DNA of 64,000 nt from contig JAGAPR010000098.1 of assembly GCA_017623155.1 (NCBI GenBank), positions 6,601 to 70,600 of the forward strand, given 5' to 3'. A model generated the notes under the pieces. That model did no database searches. It saw only the letters and a list, made by a program, of their open reading frames with translations, and was not told the DNA's origin. This DNA comes from Prevotella sp. Lineage in GTDB: Bacteria > Bacteroidota > Bacteroidia > Bacteroidales > Bacteroidaceae. Below, one piece after another: positions 9,618 to 18,807 of this stretch (position 1 is its first letter; the number at the start of each line of letters is the position of its first letter). Both the position numbers and the translations under genes were made by a program.

Positions 9618-10076
9618 ATGACAAAGACCGCAACCGCAACCCGCACCGCCTTCGACTACGTAGAAGGCCAGATTAAAGCCGAGTATAACCGCCACGCCTC
9701 CTGGGTAGACCACTACAGCGAGATGGAAGGCATGGCCACCAGCGAAAAGGGAAAGAGCAAATGGCGCCACTGCCGCCGGCTCGCCCAGAAGCTGAAGGAC
9801 GACACCCTGGCGATACTTTACGCCTACCAGGAAGGCCGGAGCCTTCGACGCCTGGCCGACCAGGTACACGAAGCCCAGGAGGAACGCCGCAGCCTTATAG
9901 CCTGGCTCGCCGGCCGTCCCCAGGAGGATCCCGAGCACAGCCGCAGAGCACAAAGCGAAATTAACTACCTGGGCGAGTTTTTAACCGACATTCTACACCA
10001 CCTCAAGCAGAACAACCCAGGCACCCAGCTGGCCTCCGAAGCCGCCTACGTCCTGGCAACCATAAAGACTACATGA
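9618..10076 (+). CDS. Hypothetical early protein (helical)
   Basis: Packed ORF. Confidence 0.7.
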   Translation: MTKTATATRTAFDYVEGQIKAEYNRHASWVDHYSEMEGMATSEKGKSKWRHCRRLAQKLKDDTLAILYAYQEGRSLRRLADQVHEAQEERRSLIAWLAGRPQEDPEHSRRAQSEINYLGEFLTDILHHLKQNNPGTQLASEAAYVLATIKTT

Positions 10077-10230
10077 CCAGATAGGAGGCAACGGAGCGGG
10101 AAGCACCCGCGCAAGCCCTTAAACCGGTGATGGGAGGGAACAACACCTCCACCGCGTAGGCGCCGACAGCGCCAGCCAAGCCCGAAGCGCCTACGCCTTC
10201 TTCTTTGATAACATATAACTCAGCATAAAG

Positions 10231-10563
10231 ATGACCCACACAAATAAAAGATTTACTGGAGCGCTGCCAGCCGGAGACCTGGCAGGAACGACCTCAGTAA
10301 TAGAGAAGCTGACCGGCACGACAGCCCCGGCGCCGGTATTGACTACGGCGCTCGAATATAAAGGCTTTAACCGCGGGCTCGCCCAGGTGCTCCACGTCGA
10401 TTATAGCCAGGTAATAGGCGAGCTTCGAGAAGCCCTCGGGATAACAAGCCGCAGCGGCCTCAGCGCCTACCGTAACGGCCAGGTAAGACTGAGAGCCGAC
10501 CAGGCCGCCAAAGTGCAGCAGGTTTTTAACCGTCGAGGAATAACCGAGATATGGGACGCCTAA
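10231..10563 (+). CDS. Cro-like HTH protein
   Basis: LREALGITSRSGLSAYRNG HTH-like segment. Confidence 0.5.
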   Translation: MTHTNKRFTGALPAGDLAGTTSVIEKLTGTTAPAPVLTTALEYKGFNRGLAQVLHVDYSQVIGELREALGITSRSGLSAYRNGQVRLRADQAAKVQQVFNRRGITEIWDA

Positions 10564-10955
10564 ACCTTCGAGCCGAGCTGACCAGGAGGGAGACGCAGAT
10601 CGCCGAGCTCTTAGCCTGGGGCGCCGCTAAAAAGGAAGTCGCCGACCTTCTACGCATAAGCCCGCGCACCGTCGAGAACACCGCGCGCCACATATACGAG
10701 AAGATAGGGATCCAGAAGGCCACCGAGCTCTGCGTTTACTGGTTTTGTGCCAAGTGTGGAGTAAGCCCCAGCAAAGACCCGCTAAAGCGCGCGTTTATTG
10801 CCCTGGCGCTGCTATTTATACTTCTTCCTTCCGAGCTTCAGCCACGGCGCGACGACCAGACGGCGATGCGACCCGCCCGCACTACCAGAGTAGTAACCCG
10901 CACCATCCGAGGCCGCAGATCCGAAGACAATTTATTTAACCCCTTAGACTTTTAA
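10551..10955 (+). CDS. LuxR/GerE-family HTH regulator
   Basis: ELTRRETQIAELLAWG..KEVADLLRISPRTVENT. Confidence 0.85.
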   Translation: MGRLNLRAELTRRETQIAELLAWGAAKKEVADLLRISPRTVENTARHIYEKIGIQKATELCVYWFCAKCGVSPSKDPLKRAFIALALLFILLPSELQPRRDDQTAMRPARTTRVVTRTIRGRRSEDNLFNPLDF

Positions 10956-10959
10956 CGCC

Positions 10960-11277
10960 ATGCCCGCCAAGATAAACGACGCCACCAGGATAATAGACCT
11001 CACCGTAGGCCAGCTGGAAGACTTAACCCGCGCCTGGGTACGTAGCGAGATGGCCAGCGCCAAAGCCGGCGAAGACCACCAAGACAAGCGCCACGTTTAC
11101 GGCCTTAAAGGCCTCGCCAAATTGTTAGGCTGCAGCGTAACCCGCGCCTGCCAGATAAACACCAGCGGCGTAATAGAGCCGGCGCTGACCAGACTGGGAA
11201 ACCTTCTGATCTTCGACGCCGACATGGTTTTAGCCCTTCTTAAAGAGAACAACGACGGCCGCCCGGCCAATAAATAA
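10960..11277 (+). CDS. DUF3853-like protein (excisionase-like HTH)
   Basis: DLTVGQL...YGLKGLAKLLGCS...IFDAD. Confidence 0.65.
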   Translation: MPAKINDATRIIDLTVGQLEDLTRAWVRSEMASAKAGEDHQDKRHVYGLKGLAKLLGCSVTRACQINTSGVIEPALTRLGNLLIFDADMVLALLKENNDGRPANK

Positions 11278-11300
11278 CCCCACTTAAAAGCATCAGCAGC

Positions 11301-13337
11301 ATGAGACAACTGATTATTAACCGCCTCGCCCTTTACAACTTCAAGGGCATACGCCAGGCCGAAGCTCGCTTTAGCGATACCGGCGCCACCATAACCGGCG
11401 ACAACGGCGTAGGCAAGTCAACGATGGCCGACGCCTTCTCCTGGCTTTTCTTCGGAAAGAACGCCGCCGGAGTCGAGCAATTCAGTATTAAAACCGTCGA
11501 CGAGGCCGGCAACTTCATACCGCACCTCGACCACACCGTAGAAGCCGACTTTACCCTGGTAGACCACGAGACCGGCGAAGTCAGCCAGACCCGCGCGCGC
11601 CGAACCTACGCCGAGGACTGGAAGAACGCCGCCGGCGATACCGACCAAAAGCTGGCCGGCCACCATACCGACTACTTCTGGAACGATATCCCGGTAAAAA
11701 AATCGGAGTACGACGCCAAAGTAGCCGAGACGATACCGGCCGACATCTTCAACGTAATAACGGACGCCTACGCCTTCCTGGCGCTCCCCTGGGACGTCCA
11801 GCGCAACAAGCTGACCGAGATAACCGGCGAAGTCAGCGCCGCCGATATCGCCGCTGCTAATCCCGACTACGCCGCCCTTCTTCAGCGCGCGAAGGGAGCG
11901 ACCCTGGAGCAGTACTGCACCAGCCTGGGCGCCCAGCGCAAGAGGATAGCCGCCGAGCTCGACGCGATACCCACCCGCAAGGACGAGCTCCAGCGCGCCA
12001 CCCCCATAACCCCCGACTACGCCGCCCTGGAGATCCGCAAGGCCGAGCTCGAAAAGACGATAGCAGAACTCGACGCCGCGGCCGGAAGCATAGCCGAGCG
12101 AAACCGCCTACAATACCAGAAGGCCGCCGAGATACAGAGCCAGATCAACGAGCAGGAGAAGCTCCAACAGCAGGCAATCCACGCCGCCGAGATGTCGAGG
12201 CAGGATGCCAACCACCGCGCCCGCAAGAGCCACGACGAAGCCGCCGCCCGCGTCAGCGAGATAAAAGAGCGCATCGCCCAGAACGACCGCGGCCGCATGG
12301 CGCTGGAAGGCTTAAGAAGGGACGCCGAAAAGATAGGAGCCGAGGCCGACCGGAAGGACACCGAGCTCGTAGCCTTCCGCGAGCGCTTCAGCCAGCTATA
12401 TAACCAGACCTACACCCCCGGCTCGTTAGTCTGCCCCCGATACGGCCACCAGTGCACCGACCCGACAGCCTGCTCGAAGGGCGAGGCCGAATTTAACGAC
12501 GGCCAAGTAGCCACCCTCACCCGCTGGCAGGAAGAAGGCCGCGCGAAGGCCGCCGAAGTCAAGCGCCTACGCCAAGAGGCCGCCGACATGTTAAAGACCT
12601 ACGACGCCGGGATCGCCGAGAACGACGCCAAGAAGGGCGCCCTCGAGACCGAACTGAGCCAAGCCCAGAACCTTCTGGCGAACCTTCCGGCCGTCGCCCT
12701 TCTTCCGGAGATTAACCCGGCCGACCTTCCGAGCTGGCAGGAGGCCGCCACCAAAATAGCCGAGCTTCGCCAGCAATACCAGGCCGCCCTCCAGCCGTCG
12801 ACCGGAGACAGCACACCGGCCACCCACCCGGACGCCAAGCGCCACGCCCAGATGGAGCTCGACGAAGTAAAGCGCAAGTTAGGCCTCCGCACGATTATAG
12901 AAGCCAACGAGCGCCGCCAGAAGGAGCTCGACAACCAGGCCGCCAAGTTAGCCCAGGAGAAGGCCGACATCGAGCGAGAGCTGAGCCTGGCCGAATCCTT
13001 AACTATTGCCATAATGGACGCCGTAGAGCAGCGCGTTAACGCCCACTTCGCCCTCGTCCAGTTTAAGATGTTCAAGACCCTGGTAAACGGCAACAAGCAG
13101 CCCGCCTGCATAGCCACCGTTAACGGCGTCGCCTATAAGGACGTCAACACCGCCGGCCAGATCAACGCCGGGCTCGACGTGATACAGACGTTAACTCGCT
13201 TCTACCAGTTTGCCGCGCCTATTTTCGTAGACAACTGCGAAAGTGTAGCCGAGCTCAAGACCCCGGACGGCGCCCAAGTTATACGCCTTCAATTTGTCAA
13301 GGGGATGCCCTTAACCATAACCCCGGACGAAGCATGA
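11301..13337 (+). CDS. SbcC/Rad50-like coiled-coil ATPase
   Basis: LYNFKG, Walker A GDNGVGKS, long coiled coil, NTAGQ signature, IFVDN Walker B. Confidence 0.85.
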   Translation: MRQLIINRLALYNFKGIRQAEARFSDTGATITGDNGVGKSTMADAFSWLFFGKNAAGVEQFSIKTVDEAGNFIPHLDHTVEADFTLVDHETGEVSQTRARRTYAEDWKNAAGDTDQKLAGHHTDYFWNDIPVKKSEYDAKVAETIPADIFNVITDAYAFLALPWDVQRNKLTEITGEVSAADIAAANPDYAALLQRAKGATLEQYCTSLGAQRKRIAAELDAIPTRKDELQRATPITPDYAALEIRKAELEKTIAELDAAAGSIAERNRLQYQKAAEIQSQINEQEKLQQQAIHAAEMSRQDANHRARKSHDEAAARVSEIKERIAQNDRGRMALEGLRRDAEKIGAEADRKDTELVAFRERFSQLYNQTYTPGSLVCPRYGHQCTDPTACSKGEAEFNDGQVATLTRWQEEGRAKAAEVKRLRQEAADMLKTYDAGIAENDAKKGALETELSQAQNLLANLPAVALLPEINPADLPSWQEAATKIAELRQQYQAALQPSTGDSTPATHPDAKRHAQMELDEVKRKLGLRTIIEANERRQKELDNQAAKLAQEKADIERELSLAESLTIAIMDAVEQRVNAHFALVQFKMFKTLVNGNKQPACIATVNGVAYKDVNTAGQINAGLDVIQTLTRFYQFAAPIFVDNCESVAELKTPDGAQVIRLQFVKGMPLTITPDEA

Positions 13338-13528
13338 TTTACGAAGTATATATAACCGAGACGCTCTGCCGAACCGAACAGATCGAGGCCGACAGCAAAG
13401 CCGAGGCGATAGCCAAAGCCCGCGAGGCCTACGACAAGGAAGAAATAGTATTAGACTACAAAGACTTCATCGAAGTAGACTTTAAGGCCGTCGCAGACGG
13501 CGACGAAGCCAGCGACGACGAAGACTGA
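13334..13528 (+). CDS. DpnD/PcfM-like small protein
   Basis: YEVYITETL...IEADSKAEAI...Y..EEIVLD..DF. Confidence 0.6.
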   Translation: MIYEVYITETLCRTEQIEADSKAEAIAKAREAYDKEEIVLDYKDFIEVDFKAVADGDEASDDED

Positions 13529-13627
13529 CCCAGGGAGGCCGGAGAGAGCTCCGGCGCCCTTCGCCGGGAGGCGAGAACCCCTCTATTTAAGTGTAAGGCC
13601 GGCGTAATTGCAAGCCGCCGGCTGTTT

Positions 13628-13715
13628 GCCCGAGTAGCTCAGACAGCGAGAGCGCGCCGGAAGTCGCAAGAGCGACCAGCACGGCGGAGGGCTGGTGCAA
13701 GTCCAGCCTCGGGCA
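13628..13715 (+). ncRNA. tRNA-like RNA with anticodon loop replaced by a 22-nt hairpin-bearing insert
   Basis: Acceptor GCCCGAG/CTCGGGC, D stem GCTC/GAGC, stem CGCCG/CGGCG, T arm GCTGG-TGCAAGT-CCAGC. Confidence 0.65.
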
Positions 13716-13764
13716 CAAAGTTTTAGTTAACCCAATTATTAACCCCTTCTAAACCCACAGCTAT

Positions 13765-14196
13765 ATGGAACAGAAGACCAACCCCAGCGGCGAGCAGGCC
13801 GCAACCCAGGCACCCCAGCCAACAGCCTGGATCGAGAGAGTAAGAGCACTGGCCGACGAACTCGGCAACGAGCTCGACAACCGCAAATCCGGAGAAGAAG
13901 ACCGCCGCGGCTTCATTCTCGTAGCCGTAGACGGCACCAACGCCAACGACGGCAAGCCAGTAGTATCAATGGGAGCCACCGCCGGCCACAGCATAGCCCT
14001 CGGCATGGCAGTTAAACACGTGCTGACCGGCGAACCATTTGCCAAGCACATGCAAACCGCCGCCAAGATGATGGCTATAGACACCCTCGCCGGAGACGGC
14101 AAAGGCACCGTAGTAATCGACCTCCGCGACAACGAAGGCGACGACGGCCAGGCCGACGACCAGGAGCAGACCCAGGAAGAAGCCGATGGAGAGTAA
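13765..14196 (+). CDS. Hypothetical acidic protein
   Basis: Packed ORF; N-terminal layout (W...ALADE...LDN...ILVAV) shared with next ORF. Confidence 0.7.
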   Translation: MEQKTNPSGEQAATQAPQPTAWIERVRALADELGNELDNRKSGEEDRRGFILVAVDGTNANDGKPVVSMGATAGHSIALGMAVKHVLTGEPFAKHMQTAAKMMAIDTLAGDGKGTVVIDLRDNEGDDGQADDQEQTQEEADGE

Positions 14197-14509
14197 CAAC
14201 AGACCAGACTGGATGGCAGCCCTGGCCGACGAAGTAGAAGCCGCCCTGGATAATTCCGGGATAGACACCGACCCCCGCGCCGCCGTGATATTTATCGCAG
14301 TCCACCCGAACCCCGACGGATCTAAGCACGTCGTACACGAAATTAGAGGCGGGAACGCACCCCTGGCCGAAGCCATAGGCGCCCTGGTTTATAACCGCGA
14401 CCTCCCCGCCATACTTCACCTCGCAGCCGCCGCGGCGCTTCAAATGAGGCACCTGGAGAACCGAGCAGCCAACAAGAACCATAAACCCCACAACAAAAAA
14501 CGCAAATGA
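14186..14509 (+). CDS. Hypothetical protein, possible paralogue of 13765..14196
   Basis: WMAALADEVEAALDN..VIFIAV. Confidence 0.65.
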   Translation: MESNNRPDWMAALADEVEAALDNSGIDTDPRAAVIFIAVHPNPDGSKHVVHEIRGGNAPLAEAIGALVYNRDLPAILHLAAAAALQMRHLENRAANKNHKPHNKKRK

Positions 14510-15336
14510 GCACAACACCCCAAAACCCCACGACCCTGCCGGCGACCATAGAGAACGCCCGCAAACAATTCGAGCTCGCCTGCAAGAGCGCAGAAGGGCT
14601 CCAGACCCTTAACAACTTCGGCGCCGCCTTCCAGGCCGTAAACGTCGTTAGCCTTCTTCGCCAGGCGCTGACCGACGAAGTAATGGACGCCGTATTTATG
14701 CCGCTGATGAACACTAAAATCGGCTTTTTGACCGACCACACCGGCAAAGCCCGCGGCAACCGCCCCCCGCTTCAGCCCTACGGCCGCGAGATCGTCAGAG
14801 ACGCCATCATCGACGCCGTAACAGTAGGCCTCATGCCGACCGGCAACCAGTTTAACATCATAGCCGAAAGGATGTACCCGACAAAAGAAGGCTACACGGC
14901 GCTCCTGCGTCGCCTCGGCGTTAAATACTTCATCGAAACCGGCTACGACAAGAGCCAGGCTGAAGGCTTCGCCGAGATACCCTGCAAAATTACCTATAGC
15001 TACGGCGGCGAGCGTAACGCCTTCAGCATAACGGCCACCGTCAAGAAGGACAGCTATAGCAGTCCCGACCAGATACGAGGCAAGGCCGAGCGCCGCGCCA
15101 AAAAAGCGCTCTACGAGTATATAACCGGCTGCGACTTCGGCGACGCCGACGAAGACAGCTCGACACCTATAGACGTAGTAGCCGAGGAAATCAGCGGCGA
15201 AGCCAACCAGGGAGGCCAGATCGGCCGCAAGGCGCCGAGCCAGCAGGCACAGCAGCCCCAGCAGGCACAGACCGCCCAGGCCAGCGCCCAGGCCGCGCCG
15301 AAGTCGAACCCGGCCAAACCCGAAATGGATTTTTAA
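14506..15336 (+). CDS. Putative ssDNA-annealing recombinase
   Basis: Between Rad50-like ATPase and MBL hydrolase; GLMPTGNQFNII..YPTKEG; disordered tail. Confidence 0.5.
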   Translation: MSTTPQNPTTLPATIENARKQFELACKSAEGLQTLNNFGAAFQAVNVVSLLRQALTDEVMDAVFMPLMNTKIGFLTDHTGKARGNRPPLQPYGREIVRDAIIDAVTVGLMPTGNQFNIIAERMYPTKEGYTALLRRLGVKYFIETGYDKSQAEGFAEIPCKITYSYGGERNAFSITATVKKDSYSSPDQIRGKAERRAKKALYEYITGCDFGDADEDSSTPIDVVAEEISGEANQGGQIGRKAPSQQAQQPQQAQTAQASAQAAPKSNPAKPEMDF

Positions 15337-15350
15337 CAGACCCGGCAAGG

Positions 15351-16118
15351 ATGGAATTAACGGTAATTGCATCTTCATCAGAGGGGAACGCCTACGTAAT
15401 TCAGAACGAAGGCGAAGCCCTTCTGATTGAAGCCGGCGCCAACTTCAGCAAGACCCTCGAGGCGCTCGGGCATAACGTAGCCAAAGTTAACGGCTGCCTT
15501 ATTACCCACGAGCACGGAGACCATGCCGGACACGTTAACGAAGTCCTTAGCTACGGCCTCCCGGTCTACGCCAGCAGGGGAACCTGCAACGCTATAGAGA
15601 ACAAAATCCGTAGCGCCTACAAGCCCCGCGTTTTAGACTTCGATAGCGTAGGCAACTACTTCGACCTTCAGTTAGGCCGCTTCGAGGTTTACCCCTTCGC
15701 CGCCAAGCACGACGCCGCCGAGCCTTTAGCCTTCTACATCTGGCACCCGGAGACCGGCGGGATCCTATTTGCTACCGATACTTACTACATCCGGCCGACC
15801 TTCGCCGACCTTCGGACAGTGATGATCGAATGCAACTACGCCGCCGACATTTTAGCGGCCAACGTCGAAAAGAGCGCCAACGGCATGACCTGGCAGCGCG
15901 CCCAGCGAGTACGAGCCAGCCACCTAAGCCTCGACACCTGCCTGGCCGCGTTGAAGGCCAACGACCTAAGCCACGTAAATAACGTAGTGCTTATCCACGT
16001 CAGCGCCGGCAACGGCGACGCGCGCCGCTTCAAGAAGGCCGTAGAGCAGGCAACCGGCAAGCCGACCCACATCGCCCGCCCAGGGCTTAAAATAGACTTA
16101 AATATTAACCCCTTCTAA
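15351..16118 (+). CDS. MBL-fold metallo-hydrolase (phage exonuclease-type)
   Basis: SSSEGN, THEHGDH, HD, ATDT, IECNY, SHLS. Confidence 0.9.
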   Translation: MELTVIASSSEGNAYVIQNEGEALLIEAGANFSKTLEALGHNVAKVNGCLITHEHGDHAGHVNEVLSYGLPVYASRGTCNAIENKIRSAYKPRVLDFDSVGNYFDLQLGRFEVYPFAAKHDAAEPLAFYIWHPETGGILFATDTYYIRPTFADLRTVMIECNYAADILAANVEKSANGMTWQRAQRVRASHLSLDTCLAALKANDLSHVNNVVLIHVSAGNGDARRFKKAVEQATGKPTHIARPGLKIDLNINPF

Positions 16119-16128
16119 CAACGACAAC

Positions 16129-16611
16129 ATGGCTCTATATTTTGAGTGTAAAGTTAGGTACGAGAAGATGGGAGAGAACGGCCTCGTTAAGAAGGTTAAC
16201 GAACCCTACCTCGTCGACGCTTTAACCTTTACCGAGGCCGAAGCCCGAGTAACCGAAGAAGTCAAGCCCTTTATTAGTGGAGACTTCGACGTAGCAGCGG
16301 CCAAGAAGACCAAGATAGCCGAGATCTTCTGGGCAAGCATAGACATCGCCGACCGCTTCTATTTAGTAAAAGTCAACTTCATCACGATAGACGAGAAGAC
16401 CAGCCAGGAGAAGAAGGCCGCCAACCTTATACTGGTGCAGGCTTCAGACTTCCACGGAGCGCTCAACCGCTTCGAGGAAGGGATGAAGGGAACAATGGCA
16501 GACTACGAGATAGCCGCCATCAGCGAGACCCCGATCGTAGACGTATTTAACTACGTCGCCAAAGAAACAACCGAACAAACCAATAACCCCCAAAAACCCC
16601 AACAACAATGA
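16129..16611 (+). CDS. DUF4494-like protein
   Basis: FECKVRYEK..KKVNEPYLVDALTFTEAEAR. Confidence 0.75.
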   Translation: MALYFECKVRYEKMGENGLVKKVNEPYLVDALTFTEAEARVTEEVKPFISGDFDVAAAKKTKIAEIFWASIDIADRFYLVKVNFITIDEKTSQEKKAANLILVQASDFHGALNRFEEGMKGTMADYEIAAISETPIVDVFNYVAKETTEQTNNPQKPQQQ

Positions 16612-16898
16612 CAAAAGACGAATTAGTTAAGGCCGTACAGACAAGCCTCCAGGACACCGCCTGCTGCAACTTCGGCAAGGAAGACATCGCCACCGTGATA
16701 ACCCACACCCTCGGCGTAATAAAAGACGTCGTATATAACGGCCAGGAAGTAACCCTCCGCGGCTTCGGCACCTTCAAGCCCAAGCAGCGCAAGGCGAAGG
16801 CCGCCCGCAACATCAGCAAGGGCACCACGGTACTGATCCCCGCGCGCAAAGTCGTAGCCTTCAAACCGTCTAAAGACTTTACCACCGTCCAGGACTAA
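16608..16898 (+). CDS. HU-family DNA-binding protein
   Basis: MTKDELV..VTLRGFGTF..RKAKAARN..IPARKVVAFKPSK. Confidence 0.9.
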   Translation: MTKDELVKAVQTSLQDTACCNFGKEDIATVITHTLGVIKDVVYNGQEVTLRGFGTFKPKQRKAKAARNISKGTTVLIPARKVVAFKPSKDFTTVQD

Positions 16899-16956
16899 AC
16901 GGAACCACCAACCAGGGACGCCGGCACCGACCGGCGCCCCTTTAACCCAACCGCCG

Positions 16957-17934
16957 ATGATGCAGAAGCGCACATATATAAACCTTATAAACGACTTCTG
17001 GGACAGACAAGCCCAGGAGCCGCTCAGCGCGCCAGCGTCGATGGTATATTTTTACCTCCTAAACCGTATCAACCGCAACCGCTGGAAACCGGTATTTATA
17101 AGCAATACAGAGCTCGCCGACGGTGCCAGAGTATCGCGCCGCGGCCTTCCTTCATACAAAGCCGAGATAGCCGACGCCGCCCTCCTTTGCATACAAGACC
17201 AGGGCGAAGGACGCCTGGCCAGCACCGTTTACAGCCTTCCAGAAGAAACCGCGCAAAAAGGAACAGTTAAACTGCGCAAATTTACGCAGATAAACCGCGC
17301 AAAAAAACGCAGTTTATCAGAAGAAACCGCGCAAAAAGGAACAGTTAACCGCGCAAAAAAACGCAGTTTAACGCCCGCTACACCTTATAATGTATATAAT
17401 AAGACATCTATAAGACCATCTACTACGACTAAAGACAGCGCCGAGGCGCTTAACGTCGTCGTCGAAGTTGAAGCTGAAGAAGTCGAGATTTTAGGAGATA
17501 AAAAAGCCACCCAGATAACCGGCGCCGCCGCCGAACTCAAAAGAAAAAAAGAAATAGCCGCCGCCCAGGGCGCCGAGGTATTAAAAGCCTTCTTCGACCC
17601 CTCGAACCAATACATCCTGGAGGCACTTTGCATGCAGAACCACGTAACAGCCGACCAGCTCCGAGGCATAGCCGAAAGGATAATAGGCGACTGGACGCAG
17701 GACGGCAAGATCCACGACGACTATAAAGGAAACTTCGACATCGGCGAGGCTGTTAAACACCTTCGCATGACGATACCGAAGAAGGCCGCCGCCGAAGCCC
17801 GAGGCCAGGCAGCGCCCAAGACCCGCGAGCAGAGCCGCCAGGACTTAATGGCCGGCGCGATGCTTAAACTACGCAACGCAATAGAAACTGATGGCCAGCC
17901 CCGCCCGGACGGCCAACAAGATAACCCCTTTTAA
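16957..17934 (+). CDS. Phage replication initiator
   Basis: N-terminal wHTH-like region; internal iterons. Confidence 0.7.
   Translation: MMQKRTYINLINDFWDRQAQEPLSAPASMVYFYLLNRINRNRWKPVFISNTELADGARVSRRGLPSYKAEIADAALLCIQDQGEGRLASTVYSLPEETAQKGTVKLRKFTQINRAKKRSLSEETAQKGTVNRAKKRSLTPATPYNVYNKTSIRPSTTTKDSAEALNVVVEVEAEEVEILGDKKATQITGAAAELKRKKEIAAAQGAEVLKAFFDPSNQYILEALCMQNHVTADQLRGIAERIIGDWTQDGKIHDDYKGNFDIGEAVKHLRMTIPKKAAAEARGQAAPKTREQSRQDLMAGAMLKLRNAIETDGQPRPDGQQDNPF
17240..17402. repeat. Putative replication origin: five iterons + AT-rich tract
   Basis: AAC(C/T)GCGCAAA..CAG units at ~17246, 17269, 17292, 17324, 17346; TTATAATGTATATAATAA follows. Confidence 0.75.
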
Positions 17935-17945
17935 CGACCTACGCA

Positions 17946-18716
17946 ATGGAACTAATACCGAGCCGCCGCGATACAACGGCGTTAACAACCATAAGCCAGG
18001 AACCCTGGGCGCTAGCCATACGCGAGCAATACGGATCCCTTCCGGCCTTCGCCGCCAGGTTTACGCCGCAAGTCCAGAAGTACTGCGCGCAAAACATGGT
18101 TAAGGCCGTCGAGAATAACCTGCCGACCTTCGGCCGGATCGTATCGACCTACGGCGAAGAAGGCATAGGCGCCATCGTCGCCACCCACATGACCGACGCA
18201 ATACTCCGCATGGGCGAAGACCGGGACGTAGACCCCTACGACGTCCAATTTATAGCCAGCGCCATCTGCGAAAGTGAGAGATTTAAGACGCTACGATTTA
18301 CCACCGTGCTGGGCTTCTTCCACCTGCTTAAATGCGGCGAATTTGACATCTACGGCAAAGTAACCCCGCGCAAGATATTAGAAGCCTTCCGCAAATACGC
18401 GATAGAAGCCCAGGCCAAAGAGAACCGGATCGCCTACGAAAAGAAATGCCGGGAGCAGGAGGCCGAGCGAGACAGAAGCAGAGCCAACGCCGTAAGCTGG
18501 GAAGAATTTGCAGCCAGCAAAGGAATCCCCGACGCCAGCTTTATGGCATACGCTGCCCGCCTGGCACGAGAGGAACAAGCCCGCAAGGACTTCTGGAAGA
18601 ACTTCGCCGACCTGCTTTATACCTTAGTCTCGATAATAGCTTTTATAGCCGACTGGCAGCAACGCGACAAGAAGGCCGCCCAGAAGGCCAGAAACGCCAC
18701 AAATTTCGACGGCTGA
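17946..18716 (+). CDS. Replication-associated protein (DUF6633-like)
   Basis: Directly after initiator; FFHLLKCGEF..YGKVTP. Confidence 0.45.
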   Translation: MELIPSRRDTTALTTISQEPWALAIREQYGSLPAFAARFTPQVQKYCAQNMVKAVENNLPTFGRIVSTYGEEGIGAIVATHMTDAILRMGEDRDVDPYDVQFIASAICESERFKTLRFTTVLGFFHLLKCGEFDIYGKVTPRKILEAFRKYAIEAQAKENRIAYEKKCREQEAERDRSRANAVSWEEFAASKGIPDASFMAYAARLAREEQARKDFWKNFADLLYTLVSIIAFIADWQQRDKKAAQKARNATNFDG

Positions 18717-18807
18717 CCCTTCGACGGTTAATTTACCGTCTCCGACACGACGACGCGCCCAGGCGCCAAAATAAAACAAAATAACAACCCAATCCGTATT
18801 ACTAACA

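Noticed and set aside
8548-9639. Long antisense ORFs (also 14440-15378, 31974-32558, 32586-33536, 44359-45075, 53232-54140)
   Set aside because: Shadows of well-supported plus-strand genes caused by codon bias; no motifs
17240-17370. CRISPR-like repeats
   Set aside because: No unique spacers, inside a CDS, no cas genes; they fit iterons
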